Part shown: piece after piece, positions 13,123 to 25,933 of the stretch | How positions within the stretch are numbered: position 1 is the first letter of the stretch | Layout: every line of letters starts with the position of its first letter | Assembly: GCA_002633005.1 (NCBI GenBank) | Contig: NMRA01000283.1 | Location: 218,363-282,362 of the forward strand | Reading direction: 5' to 3' | From: Phoronis australis | Lineage: Eukaryota; Animalia; Phoronida | Length of the DNA stretch: 64,000 nucleotides | Translations under genes and position numbers: made by a program | The notes under the pieces: generated by a model | The model's input: only the letters and a program-made list of their open reading frames with translations | Told to the model about the DNA's origin: nothing | Databases searched by the model: none

Positions 13123-13963
13123 TTTTACCCAACGTAGTAGGTGAAATTTTGTGTTCCGCGATCAATGATTTCGTTCTTACAACTATTAACTAGGTGGCGG
13201 TTCATAGCTGTTGTCAGACTCAGAACATCACGTCATTCTTAGTGTTTTGTATATCGTCATTTTCACGTTAATTAATACATTGAACTCAACGACTCGACTG
13301 CTGTACTTCTGACGCGGAAAGCAGTTTTCGTAATTTTGGGATTAGGTTATTTTGATTGTCCTTGGAAATATCTAATAGGCAAACTGGTTGAATTTTCGAT
13401 TTTCGTGTTATGTTTTAATGTGAACATAAAAGCAAGGTTAAAGAATCGAACAAAACTTTCACGCGAGTCAAGATTTCGTCAGAGTTGTCAGTTACTTTAT
13501 TGGTGCAGATCATGAACTTTTTAATACATAAAGGTTTGAAAAACGTCAAAACAAGTGCCTGTATGAAGAAATTTCTACACGAAACGTTTTGTTGAGCCTT
13601 CAGAGGAAGAAAATTTAGCGTAGCGTGTGCCGTTATCCAATACGTGCCAATGAGGAGGAACAGACAAACTTATTCTCATCTTTGGGTTCGACGGTTTTTT
13701 TAACCCATGGCGACACTGAAAGACGAGAGTAATTCACGGAATAAAACACCATATCAAGCAAGGATTAGTGTTTATTTTAGAACCGTAACACAAAAGTGTT
13801 GGTAACCTACACTTAGTCTGTACGTCACAAATAATCAGACAAATGACCCGGACTTCCCCGCCCAAACGTGTGAGCGAAAGCGGAATTTCCCGTCATGACG
13901 TCTAAGTGCGGAAACGGTATTTTGTCCGATTACTTTTGAGTCCTATGACGCGTGAAATAAATA

Positions 13964-14627
13964 CAGGGTGCCTCAAGCTTTCATCGTACTTTAAATGAGA
14001 ATTACTCAAAAAAGAGATGGTGCATTCAAGCGCATTTTGACGAAATGTGGAAGTTTTTACTAGAACGACCTTTGAAAGTATGCACTACTCTGGCGCTTAA
14101 ACAGTCAAAAGCTTTATTTGCTATTGCAATCATTAAATTTAAAAAACATGAAATGGGGATGTCAAGGAAGTGGTGTTTCAATGTCAGTCGATACGTATGG
14201 TGCAACTTCCCTTACAGCTCGTCAGCTATGGAGACATCGCAAACTACTTCCGAAATTGCCTCATTTCACGTTTTGGAGATATTTCCCCGGTCAAAGAGCT
14301 CTACAGACCTGAAACCATTCGATTGCTTTTTGTAGGGATACTTGAAAAGTGAGTCAACATAATAAAAAAATAAACGCAAACAACGGTTGATCTGAGGACA
14401 GCTTTCATAGAGCGATTGCGAGCAAACCAAGTGATGTATAATGGCTGCCATGAAAAATAGAGCAATGAGTGTTCCCGCGACAGAGGAGTGCATACAACTG
14501 TATGAAGATTGTAATCCTACGTGAGTAAGAACTCCTACTCTTTGCTGTTAGCAAGAAGCGTTTCAATACACTTTATACCCTCTCTTGTTTGATTTTCCTT
14601 TTATTTGAATAATCTCGAGACACCCTG
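13964..14627 (+). mobile_element. Tc1/mariner deletion derivative
   Basis: TA|CAGGGTGCCTCAAG ... CTCGAGACACCCTG|TA (TIRs with TA TSD). Remnant SSTDLKPFDCFL*GYLKS matches the SPDLxPxDFFLWGYLK motif of mariner-type transposases. Confidence 0.82.
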
Positions 14628-15589
14628 TATGGTTACGCGTCTTATATTCGCGATCATGTGTTAACTAGAAAGGGATCGATTTTCGACCACCACGATCTCT
14701 GTTGTTTGGCAAACAGGTTTTGTTATTAACTTGTTTTCCTATCAAGAGCACTTATCCACAATGAGTTTTCGCTAGAAATATGTTGACCTCCTTGCTGGCA
14801 CGTAGAAGAATCAGGTCTCGCCAAAGGCGATTAGTTGTTGATTGTTTTAAAATCTTCAATTTATTAGTTTCAATGCTATTGTCAATATTTATGGACAAAA
14901 GCAATTTGCCGACCTTTTCTGTCAGTTTAAAGTTTCCCTTATCCATTGCAGTAGTATGATTATGTTTTAAAATCGTCTCTTGCGTACGCATTTGAATTTC
15001 AGGCTAAAATCGATGTTTTTGAAGTTTTATTTAGTACCAGTATACACTTTTGCCGTTCCAATCATTCTACAGTGAATTTTTCGTAATACATATTTAGAGC
15101 TACAAAAGCGATACAATCCGTTGTGTCATTTGTGATTTCATTACAAATAGTCAATTCTCGTTGTTGGCTGACAAACATTCGTTGAAATCAATGCTGGTTA
15201 CGTTATCAGATAAATACGCTTAAAATACTCTGCCTCAGGCCAAATTTAACATAAATCACTAATACTTATATTAATCGTGTTTTCTTTTTCTTGACTACTT
15301 CCACTGATTGAGGGCACAAGCATCTGTAGCGCGACGTAGAAGCTTCGTCAAAATCCTGGGCAACATCCAATAGAGCAAAATATGATCTGCTTCTAAATAC
15401 CAACAGCTATCAAAATTTCAATCGCGCTTTCATTTCTGTGGACCCAGCGTTTTTTCTTTCAGTCCAAACTCTCATGAAGCCATTTGAGGCTGTTTTTTTT
15501 TCAATTGACGTTGTTATGCCCAGAGGAGACGCATAAGCCGTTCTAGTTACACTAATTTTCACGAGTTTGCTCAGGAGACGAGTATCAGG

Positions 15590-15765
15590 AGAAGGTGCGT
15601 GTACGAAGGATGCAGTAACGGCAGTCGGACAGACAACATTTCAGTTTTTCTGTATCCAAAAGACCCTAAGATCGCCCAGAAATGGCACAGGCTCGTGCGT
15701 CGGACACGGGTACAGTTCAGGTGCCACCCTGTGCTCAGCGCATTTTGAGGAATCTTGCTTTGACC
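15590..15765 (+). pseudogene. THAP zinc-finger domain remnant (transposon-derived)
   Basis: Translates RRCVYEGCSN..ISVFLYPKDPKIAQKWHRLVRRTR, then after a frameshift TLCSAHFEESCFD: C2CH plus the conserved P, W and F of THAP. Confidence 0.8.
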
Positions 15766-17267
15766 CGTCGCAGAAACGTAGATTTGATGGAGATTTCTCC
15801 AACCTGTAAGTGCATTTGATCAGTGTTGCTGGAGCAAAAACGATGTGTTATATTGTACCATAGTTGCATGGGAATGTGGTCGTCAGGAAAATATTGAGTA
15901 ACAGCATCAGCATCAAATTCTGACTGAGATAATGAATGTGATTGTAGTAAAAACGTTCTCGTCAGTCTATTCTTGCTCGAGATTTTGTGGGAATGTAGGC
16001 TGTCCACATATGTACGTCAATGCAAAGTACTAAAAAATGGAATGTAGATGCCGCGCAAACAGTCTGAGGTCACGACCGCGGCCGGCACAGGAGCTAAAGA
16101 CGGACACTGGACTGAAATAATGGACGAATAACAACGACCAAAGCTTTCATAATTTTGGAACAGAAAAGACAGAAACGAGTATCATTTACCAGAAATAAAA
16201 TCCAGTTAGCATTATAATAATTAGATATGATCGTTCCTGACAAACGCACTCAGCATACGAAATCCAGTGGCTGCTATTCGCGACTGGGCTTTGACGGGTA
16301 ATAACGTCGAGTACAGATTTACGGTTCGAGACATATACATATTACTTGACACTAAAGTGATTAAAATTTTAATTGTGATTCACTCAGAATGTCAGCTCTG
16401 AAATCGCTAAACTGATTAGGCTCCTCCTCGGTTTCACTCGCCGAAGACGCCGGTGCGAGAGGGTCGTGTTCGTACGGCCTCAAACACGCAGTCTGACAAT
16501 TTTGCGAGGTCTAGCTCATTATCTGTTTCACCTATGGCCTGAGTGGCGTCTTCACTCCCGTCTTCATGCGTGCCTGCATAATACTCGTCAAGCTCTACTC
16601 TTCGTAACTTACAAAATCACTGTCATATATGCTGTCCACTCATCAACGTCTTCCACTGATGACATCACGTGGTGGGAATTTACCAAAAATCATTTTTTTC
16701 TTTAAAATTCAAAATTCCTCAAATATTTCTCAAAATAAGTATTTCTTTAGTATTCATAATATATAATTATTGTACACGGTCTAAAACCTCACAAGTGCAA
16801 AAATATTATAGGGATGTCTTAAACCACCCGCTAATGCATTGGAGGCGTCAATCTTCCTCCATAATTATGAGGGTTGTCGAGTAGTTACAGAGCATTATGT
16901 GGTTTCAGATAATTGGTTTTGAATATCTGTTAATAGGCCAAAACAGGGTTTAGTGTCATTTAATGATTTTTATGGTATAAATAATGCAGAAACGAGGAGT
17001 TTTTCAAAACTGTAAAGTTAAAAAGTTGTCAACACTTGTCAGTAATGTTTTTGATAGGTATCGTACACGCACAGTGAACGATTAGATTTCCGTCAGTTTC
17101 AAGCAGCAGAGTAAGGGTAGAACGCCAGTTTTTCCAGCATTGGTAGATTATTTTGTTTACTCAAGAGCGAAGCGTGGTTTTGAAAGAACTTAATTTTGTT
17201 CCAATTTTATTTGGTCAGTATTTACTCACATCAGCGCAAAGCTGTATGTTTAGTATACAGGTTTGCT

Positions 17268-17436
17268 CTAAGGCTAGAACACATCTTGCTGCTCTAATAA
17301 TTTTGTCGCCAGTCCTTTTTTGTTGTGGATACGAATCTATTCCATACACGGCACATGACGGTATCGGCGGGAAGTTGTACAAATGTTTGTCATTACCGCT
17401 TACATTGGTGCACCTGTACACCACGTAACGCGGCAT
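17268..17436 (-). pseudogene. THAP domain remnant
   Basis: MPRYVVYRCTN..HLYNFP, then frameshift to ADTVMCRVWNRFVSTTK, then SSKMCS. Confidence 0.65.
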
Positions 17437-18040
17437 TTTATCCCAGAGACTGATAAGTAGCCTGCGTCCATACAAGGAGCTAAATGAGAATGCAATGAGC
17501 TAACTCTCATTTAGCTCTTTGGGTCCAAGAAATGACACTCAGCTGTTGCGCAGTGAGGCTTCGGGAAAATTTCTTTGACACGATGATGCCATATGTACCT
17601 CTTTATTGTGATTGGTTGAGAATATATCTGGGGCGCTCAAATGGACTACAAATTAAGGAGGTGTAATTTACGTCGCAATTAGTTACTTTCTGTGGCTTTT
17701 AAAAACAAAAAGTAAATTTATTTAAAAATTCTTCTATTTCTGGTGTCAAAAAGGGTGTTTGGAGGCTATATTTAATTGTCACGTTGATTATTTAAATGCC
17801 CGGTAAGGTCTTGAGCAATACGAAGCGCCAAGTAGTCAAAATAACATAATCTCTAAGTCTAAATAAAGTGCAGTTGTATTCATTGACAACTTGTAAATGT
17901 GAAAACAAAAAATTCTACAAATAGGTGACCTTTGTACTAATCACGAACATCGCGGGTTCACATAGGCCGCATCACGTCACGATACTTACTGGACACGGTT
18001 CAGTGATTTGCGGCGAATCATTTTTGCACACAACTCGTTC

Positions 18041-19433
18041 TTAAGGATATCTCTAGCCTTATTCACAAAAACCGACCATTTTTACAATATTTCACATATG
18101 TCTAACAAAGTACTTTATCTTCATTCTCGGGGAATTTCAAGTACGCCTAACGAGAAAAAAGATTTCACAGAACCACCTTGGAACCGCCCAACCGTGTGGA
18201 TATTTGTTTACTACTTATCCGAGGTCAAAGTTTGCAGGCCTATCACTCAAATGTAATCTCCAGCAAGGTACGGAGCAGCTTCGTGTGTACCCTCACTCCT
18301 TTCATTCACCGAGTCGCCATAATGTTGAGTTCACGAGGTGTACATATGATAGAACGTTGCCGGTGAAGACAAAGACAAAACGCAGTTTTGATCCTGAATG
18401 AGTTTTGCGTCTACATGCACTTACGACCATTGAGAATGAATGTTCCGAGTCGCCTCACGCTTCTGCAACTCTGTATTTGCGAACGCAGCAAGTTGTGAAA
18501 AGAGATAAATCCTCACCCAAATTCCATAATTCGATAGGTAATTAACCATTTTGCTGTATTGATCTCATGCTAACGACGTGCTTTAACCACCGACTCGACT
18601 TCTGTTATGCGTTTCTTACTTGATTTCGTATCGGTCTCCCGGCGCATGTTGCGACGTGTAGAACAATAAACTGCTGACCTACTTTTAAGTATGTCAGCAA
18701 TATGGTTGGTTCCTTGGCTGTAGAGGGTAACGTTTTAAAGATAATTAAGTTAACTACGCACTGCAAATTCACTTGACATTGCGAGTGAGTGCTGAAATAG
18801 GTTACATGGTTAAGGCATGTATACATAGGTTATACATTGTATTGACCGAAAACAAGTTTTCACCGAATAATTAATCGAAGACCTTGAGATTTTCTCTCGT
18901 CCCGGTTTAATAGGCTTTTTCTCGGCTTCGGCAAATCCACTTAATTTGATTTAGGTGCAAGAGTTCTCAAAAACAACTCTTTGGATTTTGCTGAAACTCC
19001 CCAAATTTACTATTTATTCACCAATCTTAAAAATACAGTTAGTATTTTCTTTAGAAAGGCCCAATTTTTGCTTAATGTAACAAAGACGAATACGATTGCT
19101 ATCTTTTATAAAAACACCTTACGTTTTGCGAGTTGATTTGTCAAAGGAATCAAAACAAAAAGACCAATCGAAAATTCTTAACAGCGCTTTTGAAGTAACT
19201 ATTAAAGTTTTATTTGAAAAAGGTTTCATTAAAATCCTTCTAGGGGTATTTTTACTATGAATGTACCTCTCTTAAAAATGAAAGATTGACTTAAAATGTG
19301 CTAACGTAATAATAACAATGGTACATCAATATAAAACATATTAATATTCCTTGATAATTTTTCTTTAAGAAAGTATATACTTTTACTAGTTGATAAGGCT
19401 TAGTTTTCTGATATACGAGTAAGAATGAGCCAC
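18041..19433 (+). mobile_element. ~1.4 kb non-coding dispersed element, copy 1 (TTAA|GG start, Kolobok-like)
   Basis: Colinear, diverged direct copy at 24587-25933. Both start TTAAGGATATCTC and end ..GCCAC. Confidence 0.75.
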
Positions 19434-22400
19434 AAAATAAGTTTTCAGATAATCTTAAAAACATTTGGCCATCATTTTAACCTACTTCAACGTCACGTGG
19501 CCGCTATATGGTGAGTTTCTAATTAAACTGGCCAAGCAATCACAGAGATGAGGAGATAGCCTGCAAGTATTGCGTTTTAATCGACACAGGCATGTTTCTA
19601 TTAGAAAGCTGATTCAAGTTTCGCGTCGGCACCTACCCCTGTTGAACTCAACATTGCGAAATGGTGTACCTTCAAACGTCAGTTGTCAACACTTTGGCAC
19701 GCACTGGCAAGAGTGTGCCGCCAGCATTTCCATGCGTCGTGCTAGACGATGGGGACGCCGTTCGATTGACGAACTTCAAACCACATAACGTCTTATGTGA
19801 TGCGACTTTTACTAAAAACGATGAACGATATTTTAAAAAAAATGGCGGCCTAGTCGTTGCATTAGCTTCGTATATCCTTTTTATTTGATACTTTGTCCTC
19901 ACCTCAATAGTTTAGACTTTCCTGCGGGTCTCAGTGATCGGCATGCGTCGGGCCACAGGTATTTTTAAAATGCAAATTGATCAGTTAGATGTGTAACACC
20001 ACCTTACGCTCCGGTTTAATCCCCAATTGTGACGGGGTAACTACAGACAAATTAGTTCCCAAGTACAGGCACTCCGCACCAGAATCTCACCGTGGGTTCG
20101 ACGAATCTCCATTAATTGCCAACCAGTCCCGCCCAGCACGTAGGAACTGCGGACTTTAATTGGTTCACTAGACCCCGATGTCTTTGTAATTAAGCCATTG
20201 ATGCTATTTTGAGTAACTGGCCCCCACCGGGACCGCGCTACTGACTTCGAAGACGCCAAGCTATTGGGTCACTGACACTTCACATGCCAAGCAGTTGTAA
20301 GTCGGTTCTAATATGACTCGCTGTATTTAAACTATGTTGCCACTGACAGCTATACATTTGAAACTCCGCGATTTGAAATGTTCGAGTTATCCGTCACCAT
20401 GTGGTAAATTTTCTTGTTGCAAAGCTCTGTACTTCTTTTCTCTAGAACCCTATGTCGGTAGTTGTGAATAAGCCTTCGATGTTATTTTGAATAAGTTTGA
20501 GAGTCCCCCTACAGCGGGACCGCGCTTCTAACATCGAAGAGGCCACGCTATTGGGGCACTGTGACTCCGTCGGATATTCTATGCAAGTGTTCATGTAAGT
20601 GTCGAGATCTGTGTCGCTGCATTTAAATAAAACCTTACATCGGCTGTAATAGCGGTAATCATGAAATTCTGCTATTTGAAATCTGCACCCGTCACCGTGT
20701 GGTAAGGTTTCTTGTGGCACGTCGTGTGTCCCAAAGATGACGTCATTTGGTTTGATTAGTACAAGCGCCTCCAAAGCTTTTTCCGGCGCCATATGAGGTT
20801 TCTGATGGAGACGTCTGACAGTAATTAATTTTGGTAGTTAATGTCGAGAGAAAAGAAGAAATAATACGCTTTTGTTGACGAATATTACATATATTCAAGA
20901 TCTCCAAACGTCATTTGGTTTATCTTATCTCCACTTTAACCAATTTATTTTAATGGTAAATACGTCTGTACTGATTTCAGCGAATGTCCGATAGATAACA
21001 GCGAAAACTGGCCATTTCAGTGTAAATTAAAAAGAAAATACATACAGCAGACTTTGTTGTTTTGAAGCTTTGGTCAAAACTTTTAGAAGTTTATCCCGTC
21101 TATCCAAAAAAATCACGTTTTTCCGCCATAAGACTGATAATGCTCTTTTAATCCGAGAATGATCCGAGATTGGTGTGTGCAATCTTACTGACATGGGGCA
21201 CTGAAACTATTCGTAAAGCAGGTCTTTTCCCTCAGTATGATTATGGAACGCCCGCCCTGTTTTTGAAAAGCTGCACAAAAATTACGTACATGGAAGCAAT
21301 AGTAATACAAGGTTTGAAACGTCATGACTCGCCAGGTAATGCATATTAAGATGTAAAAATGCACTAGGCAAAGGTGCGCTAAGCTTCGATACTCGTCTTT
21401 CTTTGTGCCACCCTTCCCGTCATTTTTATTTTTGAGGCCTTCCCCCCACCATCAGTTCAGCAACTCTGTCGTAGTGCCACCTGCGACGGATCCCCCAAAA
21501 CCTACGAGTTCACCACTGTGTATTGCTTCTCGGTGGGGTAAAGACGTGCTTTCAAATGTGGAAACAAAAATAAACTAGTCGCGCTTGCCAGTGCGTCGGA
21601 ACTGGTAATATCGCATCCTACAAGCGGATGCTTGCTCAGGAAATGTTTATGCTGAGACCTTGTTCAGTAACAGATTTTTATTCTGTGCCAAAGCAAAACG
21701 TCCGCCTTTCGTAGCAGTTTTGAGAACTAAGTCCAGGTTTTGTTTACTCGGTTGCTGACTGGCATGGGTGTGTTTCATGAAACCGTGCAAATGGCATGCT
21801 TTTCCATGTAGGACACTATGCAGATTGATTCCTTACATCATAGAGCAAGCCCAAAATTATGATTGGCTAAAAATAACCGAAAGACTTCGGCAGGCGATCG
21901 TTTATGATATCTGACTCAAAAACGGTGTGAAAGAATATTTGGCGAATAAGACAAATCTCGAGATTCAACTCAGTATGAGTAATGTGGATCTTCCCATACA
22001 TGTGCGAAATACGGGACAATCCGTTTGATAATATGTAACAAACCCTAACATATGCACTAGCAGCCATCTCTGAATCACCAACATGACTTCAAACGTTGCG
22101 TTGACAAATCATCGAGAGCAGCAGTTAAAATTTCCAGTGCACCTGGGTACAAGGCGTGACGGCTTACAAGAGCCTGCAGTTCCAAACTTGCCCGGTAGCT
22201 GATATTTCATTCCACCCCGAGTGAAGTGTTGCACGATCAAATCGTCTACTCTTGCCAAGCGGTCGTCGCGGCACAGCAAGGTGTTAGTTCCACAATTCTA
22301 TTAATTCAAACAATGTTTCAGAGGTAACGGGATCTTTTTGTTGGGGAAATCTGTTATGCTAAAGGACAATATTTGGTCGATGTTTGACAACATGCTGATT

Positions 22401-23003
22401 ATGAATGGTGACGCCATTTGCTGTCGCCAACTGAGAAAGAAAGAGGGATTTTCGAGCACTGGCAATTTTGCACCACCCCTCCCCTTCTCTCACCCGAAAT
22501 TGGTTAGAGTTGAGTAAAAAAATGAATCCCAGGTCTTTTTGGCTCACCACATAATTGTTTTGTTGAAAGGCGGCAACTAAAAATGCCGCACCACCGACAC
22601 GATTATCAAAAAGTGGAGGTCCGAATCAGCAGCGGTTTTTGGCCTAGACTATTGCCTAGCGTCTAGACTGTTCCGTTCTATTGAAAATGAAGTCGAGTGA
22701 TTTATCAACGCAGGCTGTTCCACATCTGCAAGGGCACTTCTGTTGATGACCGCTTTGTACGGTGACGGTAGATACTAGTGACGTAGTTACCTGTTTCAAA
22801 CCTTGTCCTACAAACTATGTATTAGGCTTTGCAGTATACTGTTTATAGACAGAGAGCGTGTAATACTTAGAATACGTCATTATGTACAGAGTAACAACGG
22901 CGTTTTATGTTACAACTCTTTAAATGCGGATGTAATGACACTTTTCTTCCCTGGGATAGCATTACACTCTTCCACAGTCCTACTAAAGCTGCACCAATGT
23001 TGA

Positions 23004-23358
23004 ATGTTCTTTAACATGGCTTTTCATTGGTTAAAGTATTGAAACTGACGTCATAACTTTAAGTCATTCCGATTGGTTGAAATCTTGGAAACCCCTTTCA
23101 GTTTGCTTTTACGTAGTTACTGGCGACCACCTTTCATCTGAATAGTTGCAATTTACTAAAATGGACAGTGATCGAGTTAAACAAAATCAAGGGAACCCCG
23201 ATCAAATGCCTCAAGCCCAAGCAAGTACAGTTCATAAAGGCGTGTGCAAGTGGTGTGCAAGGCATGCGCATTAATGCCCACACAGGGAATTCCGTGTGTC
23301 GCTCATCATGTTTCAACAAGGCAACTTCACAGTGTAGGTGGCGCTGTGTCAGAGGATG
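23004..23358 (+). repeat. Dispersed repeat with RecQ-like helicase remnant, copy 2
   Basis: Similar to 10272-10645; ORF track shows CLKPKQVQFIKACASG. Confidence 0.6.
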
Positions 23359-24586
23359 GGATATCGAGTGGTGAACTATGGCATAATATATTACTTGGAG
23401 TAACGACACCTACCTGGCGAGTCAACTCACGTCACGCTTTCACATGAGGAAATCAATGCACTTAGGAGCTTGACTGTATCAAAGATAACAGTTTCCTATA
23501 GTGCAACTAAAATATCTTTTACTGTAAATTTGTCTTGCAGGAACCCGACTGCGTGCTCAAACCTGGAACGGATCCAGGATTGATCAGACTGCACCTGAGC
23601 AAGCGACATGATTTTATTTGCGTTTGATGCGGAAACTTTCGACGATTTTACTCACAGGCGGTGTGATCAAGTCAGATACAGGTCGCAATTAGCGTAAGCG
23701 TCCGTGGTCGGTAAAAACAAATCTAACAAATAAAAGATTCTTTTAGAAAAATTGTCTTGAATCTGGATAGCTCGGGAACTCGGTTATCTAACGTTACGCG
23801 ATTATTTTTGGAACTACCTTGCAAACGGTAAACATGGTAATATTAAGGCAGATCGACGGACTGGTGGCAAAAACACATTAAATAACGAACGTTTCAAAGA
23901 CGGGGTGATTTTAAAATTGTCAAATGGCAGATTCCCTTCTATAGGCTTACTCATTTTGCCAAGTGTCCATCGAACTCGTTACAAAGGAATAAGACAATCC
24001 ATGTGTCATGGAGGATTCAAGTCGTAATGACGTACTGGATTTGATAATCGCACTGTTGATTACCTGGCGGAGTTACGAAAGCAAGTGTTTTTCTGTTCCC
24101 GTTCCTTTTGCATACGTAAAATAGCAAACCCAATGCCAATAAGTCTTGATAAGTCATGTTGCGTAAAATTCCCACAAGGCCATCACTTGAATGATAAATT
24201 TGAGATATCTCAAATTGTGGTGGTCTGTTGTAGGTATCGATAGCAGTCTCATATCAATGATCGCGTGCGAAATGCTATCCGCTGTTTTTGCTTCAACAGC
24301 ATAATTCCAGCATTCGATTATTTTTGATGCGTGATTATTCATACTGGTTGTATGATTAGTGATACAAGCACAAGATGGCTTGCTCGGGTTGCGTTCACAA
24401 CGTGATGCATTTTTGGAAATTCAGCGTGAACGGTTGCACCTAATTGAAACAATGCCTAATGTACCTCTTAGGGGAGGTACATATCCAGTGAAACAGTGGC
24501 ATACAGAAGCCGCAACAACATTTCAATAAAAGAACTTACCACGCATTACAACATTTGCATGATTAAAGGGGATTGGTGTAGCTATG

Positions 24587-25933
24587 TTAAGGATATCTCA
24601 AACCTTACTCACAAAATTAGCCATTTTTACGATATATTACGTATGTCTAGCAAAATACCTTCTCTTCATTCTCTGGGAACTTCAAATACGAAATATATAC
24701 CGGGTATCAAGAAAAAAGATTTAACAGAATCACCTTGAACTGCACAATCGCGTGTAAATTTGTTCACTACTTATCCCAGGTTAAAGGGTACGGGGCTGTC
24801 ACTCAAATCGAATCTGCTGCCAGGCACAGAGCGGCTCCTTATCCTCAGTCCTTTCCTTCGCCGAGTCGTCACAATAATGCGTCAACGAGTTAAACATATG
24901 ACAGAAAGATGCCGGGGAAAACGAATATAAAACGTAGTTTTGATCCTGAGCGTCTCGCGAGTTGTGAAAAGAGATAAAACGTCACCCAAATTCCTTAATT
25001 CTGGTAATCTGACATTTCACTGTTTCGATCTCATGCTCACGACGCCCTTGATCCAGCGACTCGATTTCTGTATCCACTCCGTACATGTACTTGGATTTCA
25101 TATCAGTTTCCTAGCGCGTGGTGTGTCTAACAATGAGCCTTTGACCTAATTTAAAGTGGACTACAATGCATTAGCTTGTCCCGCTTAATATGTTGGCTGC
25201 ACCAGTGACCTAGTCTAGCCGTGACGTAATTAGAATCGACTTGGCTGATTAAATGTTCGTGTGATACCTAGTCAATTGCGCACTGATGACATTGCGCGTG
25301 AATGTTGAAATAATGAACGCGGCTAAGGGGTGTTTAGGTTATATTGACCGAAAAAAGTTTTCATCGAATAATTAACAAAGATCTTAAGACTTTCATCTCT
25401 CAAGATTTAATCGACTTTTTCTTGGCTTCGACAAATCGATTTAATTTGAACTTAGCGAAACGAATCCTCGAAAACGACTCGGTGGAGTTCGCTAAAACTT
25501 TCCAAACTTGAAAATTGTTCATCAATCTCAAAAAACGCTGATAGGCTTTTCAATATAAAGGCCCAGTTTTTGCAAAATGTAACGAAGTCGAATACGACTG
25601 CCATTTTTTACAAAAAAGTACGTTTTGGGAGTTGATTTTCACAGAAACCAAATGATAAGACTAATCGAAAATTCCTAACATTGTTTTTGAGTAATTGGTG
25701 AAGTTTTCATTTAAAAAAGGTTTCATTAAAATCGACCAAGGGATCATTTTGGTATGAATGTACCTTTCTTAAAATGAAGTTTTGACTTAAAAATGTTCAT
25801 GTAATACTGATAATAATGCTACATAAATATAAAACGTATTTCTATTTTTCCTCATCTTTTTCTTTCAGAAAATATTAACCTTTACTAGTTGACAAAGCCT
25901 AGTTTTTTACATACGAGTTGGAATGTAGGCCAC
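24587..25933 (+). mobile_element. ~1.35 kb non-coding dispersed element, copy 2
   Basis: Colinear with 18041-19433 (shared GTTGTGAAAAGAGATAAA, TATTGACCGAAAA, AAAAAGGTTTCATTAAAATC, TTTACTAGTTGA). Confidence 0.75.

Noticed and set aside
24460-24483. 9-bp hairpin ATGTACCTC..GAGGTACAT
   Set aside because: Short enough to be chance or a MITE scar; no further support.
18041-25933. LTR retrotransposon
   Set aside because: No TG..CA ends, PBS/PPT or gag-pol between the repeats, and the copies are strongly diverged.
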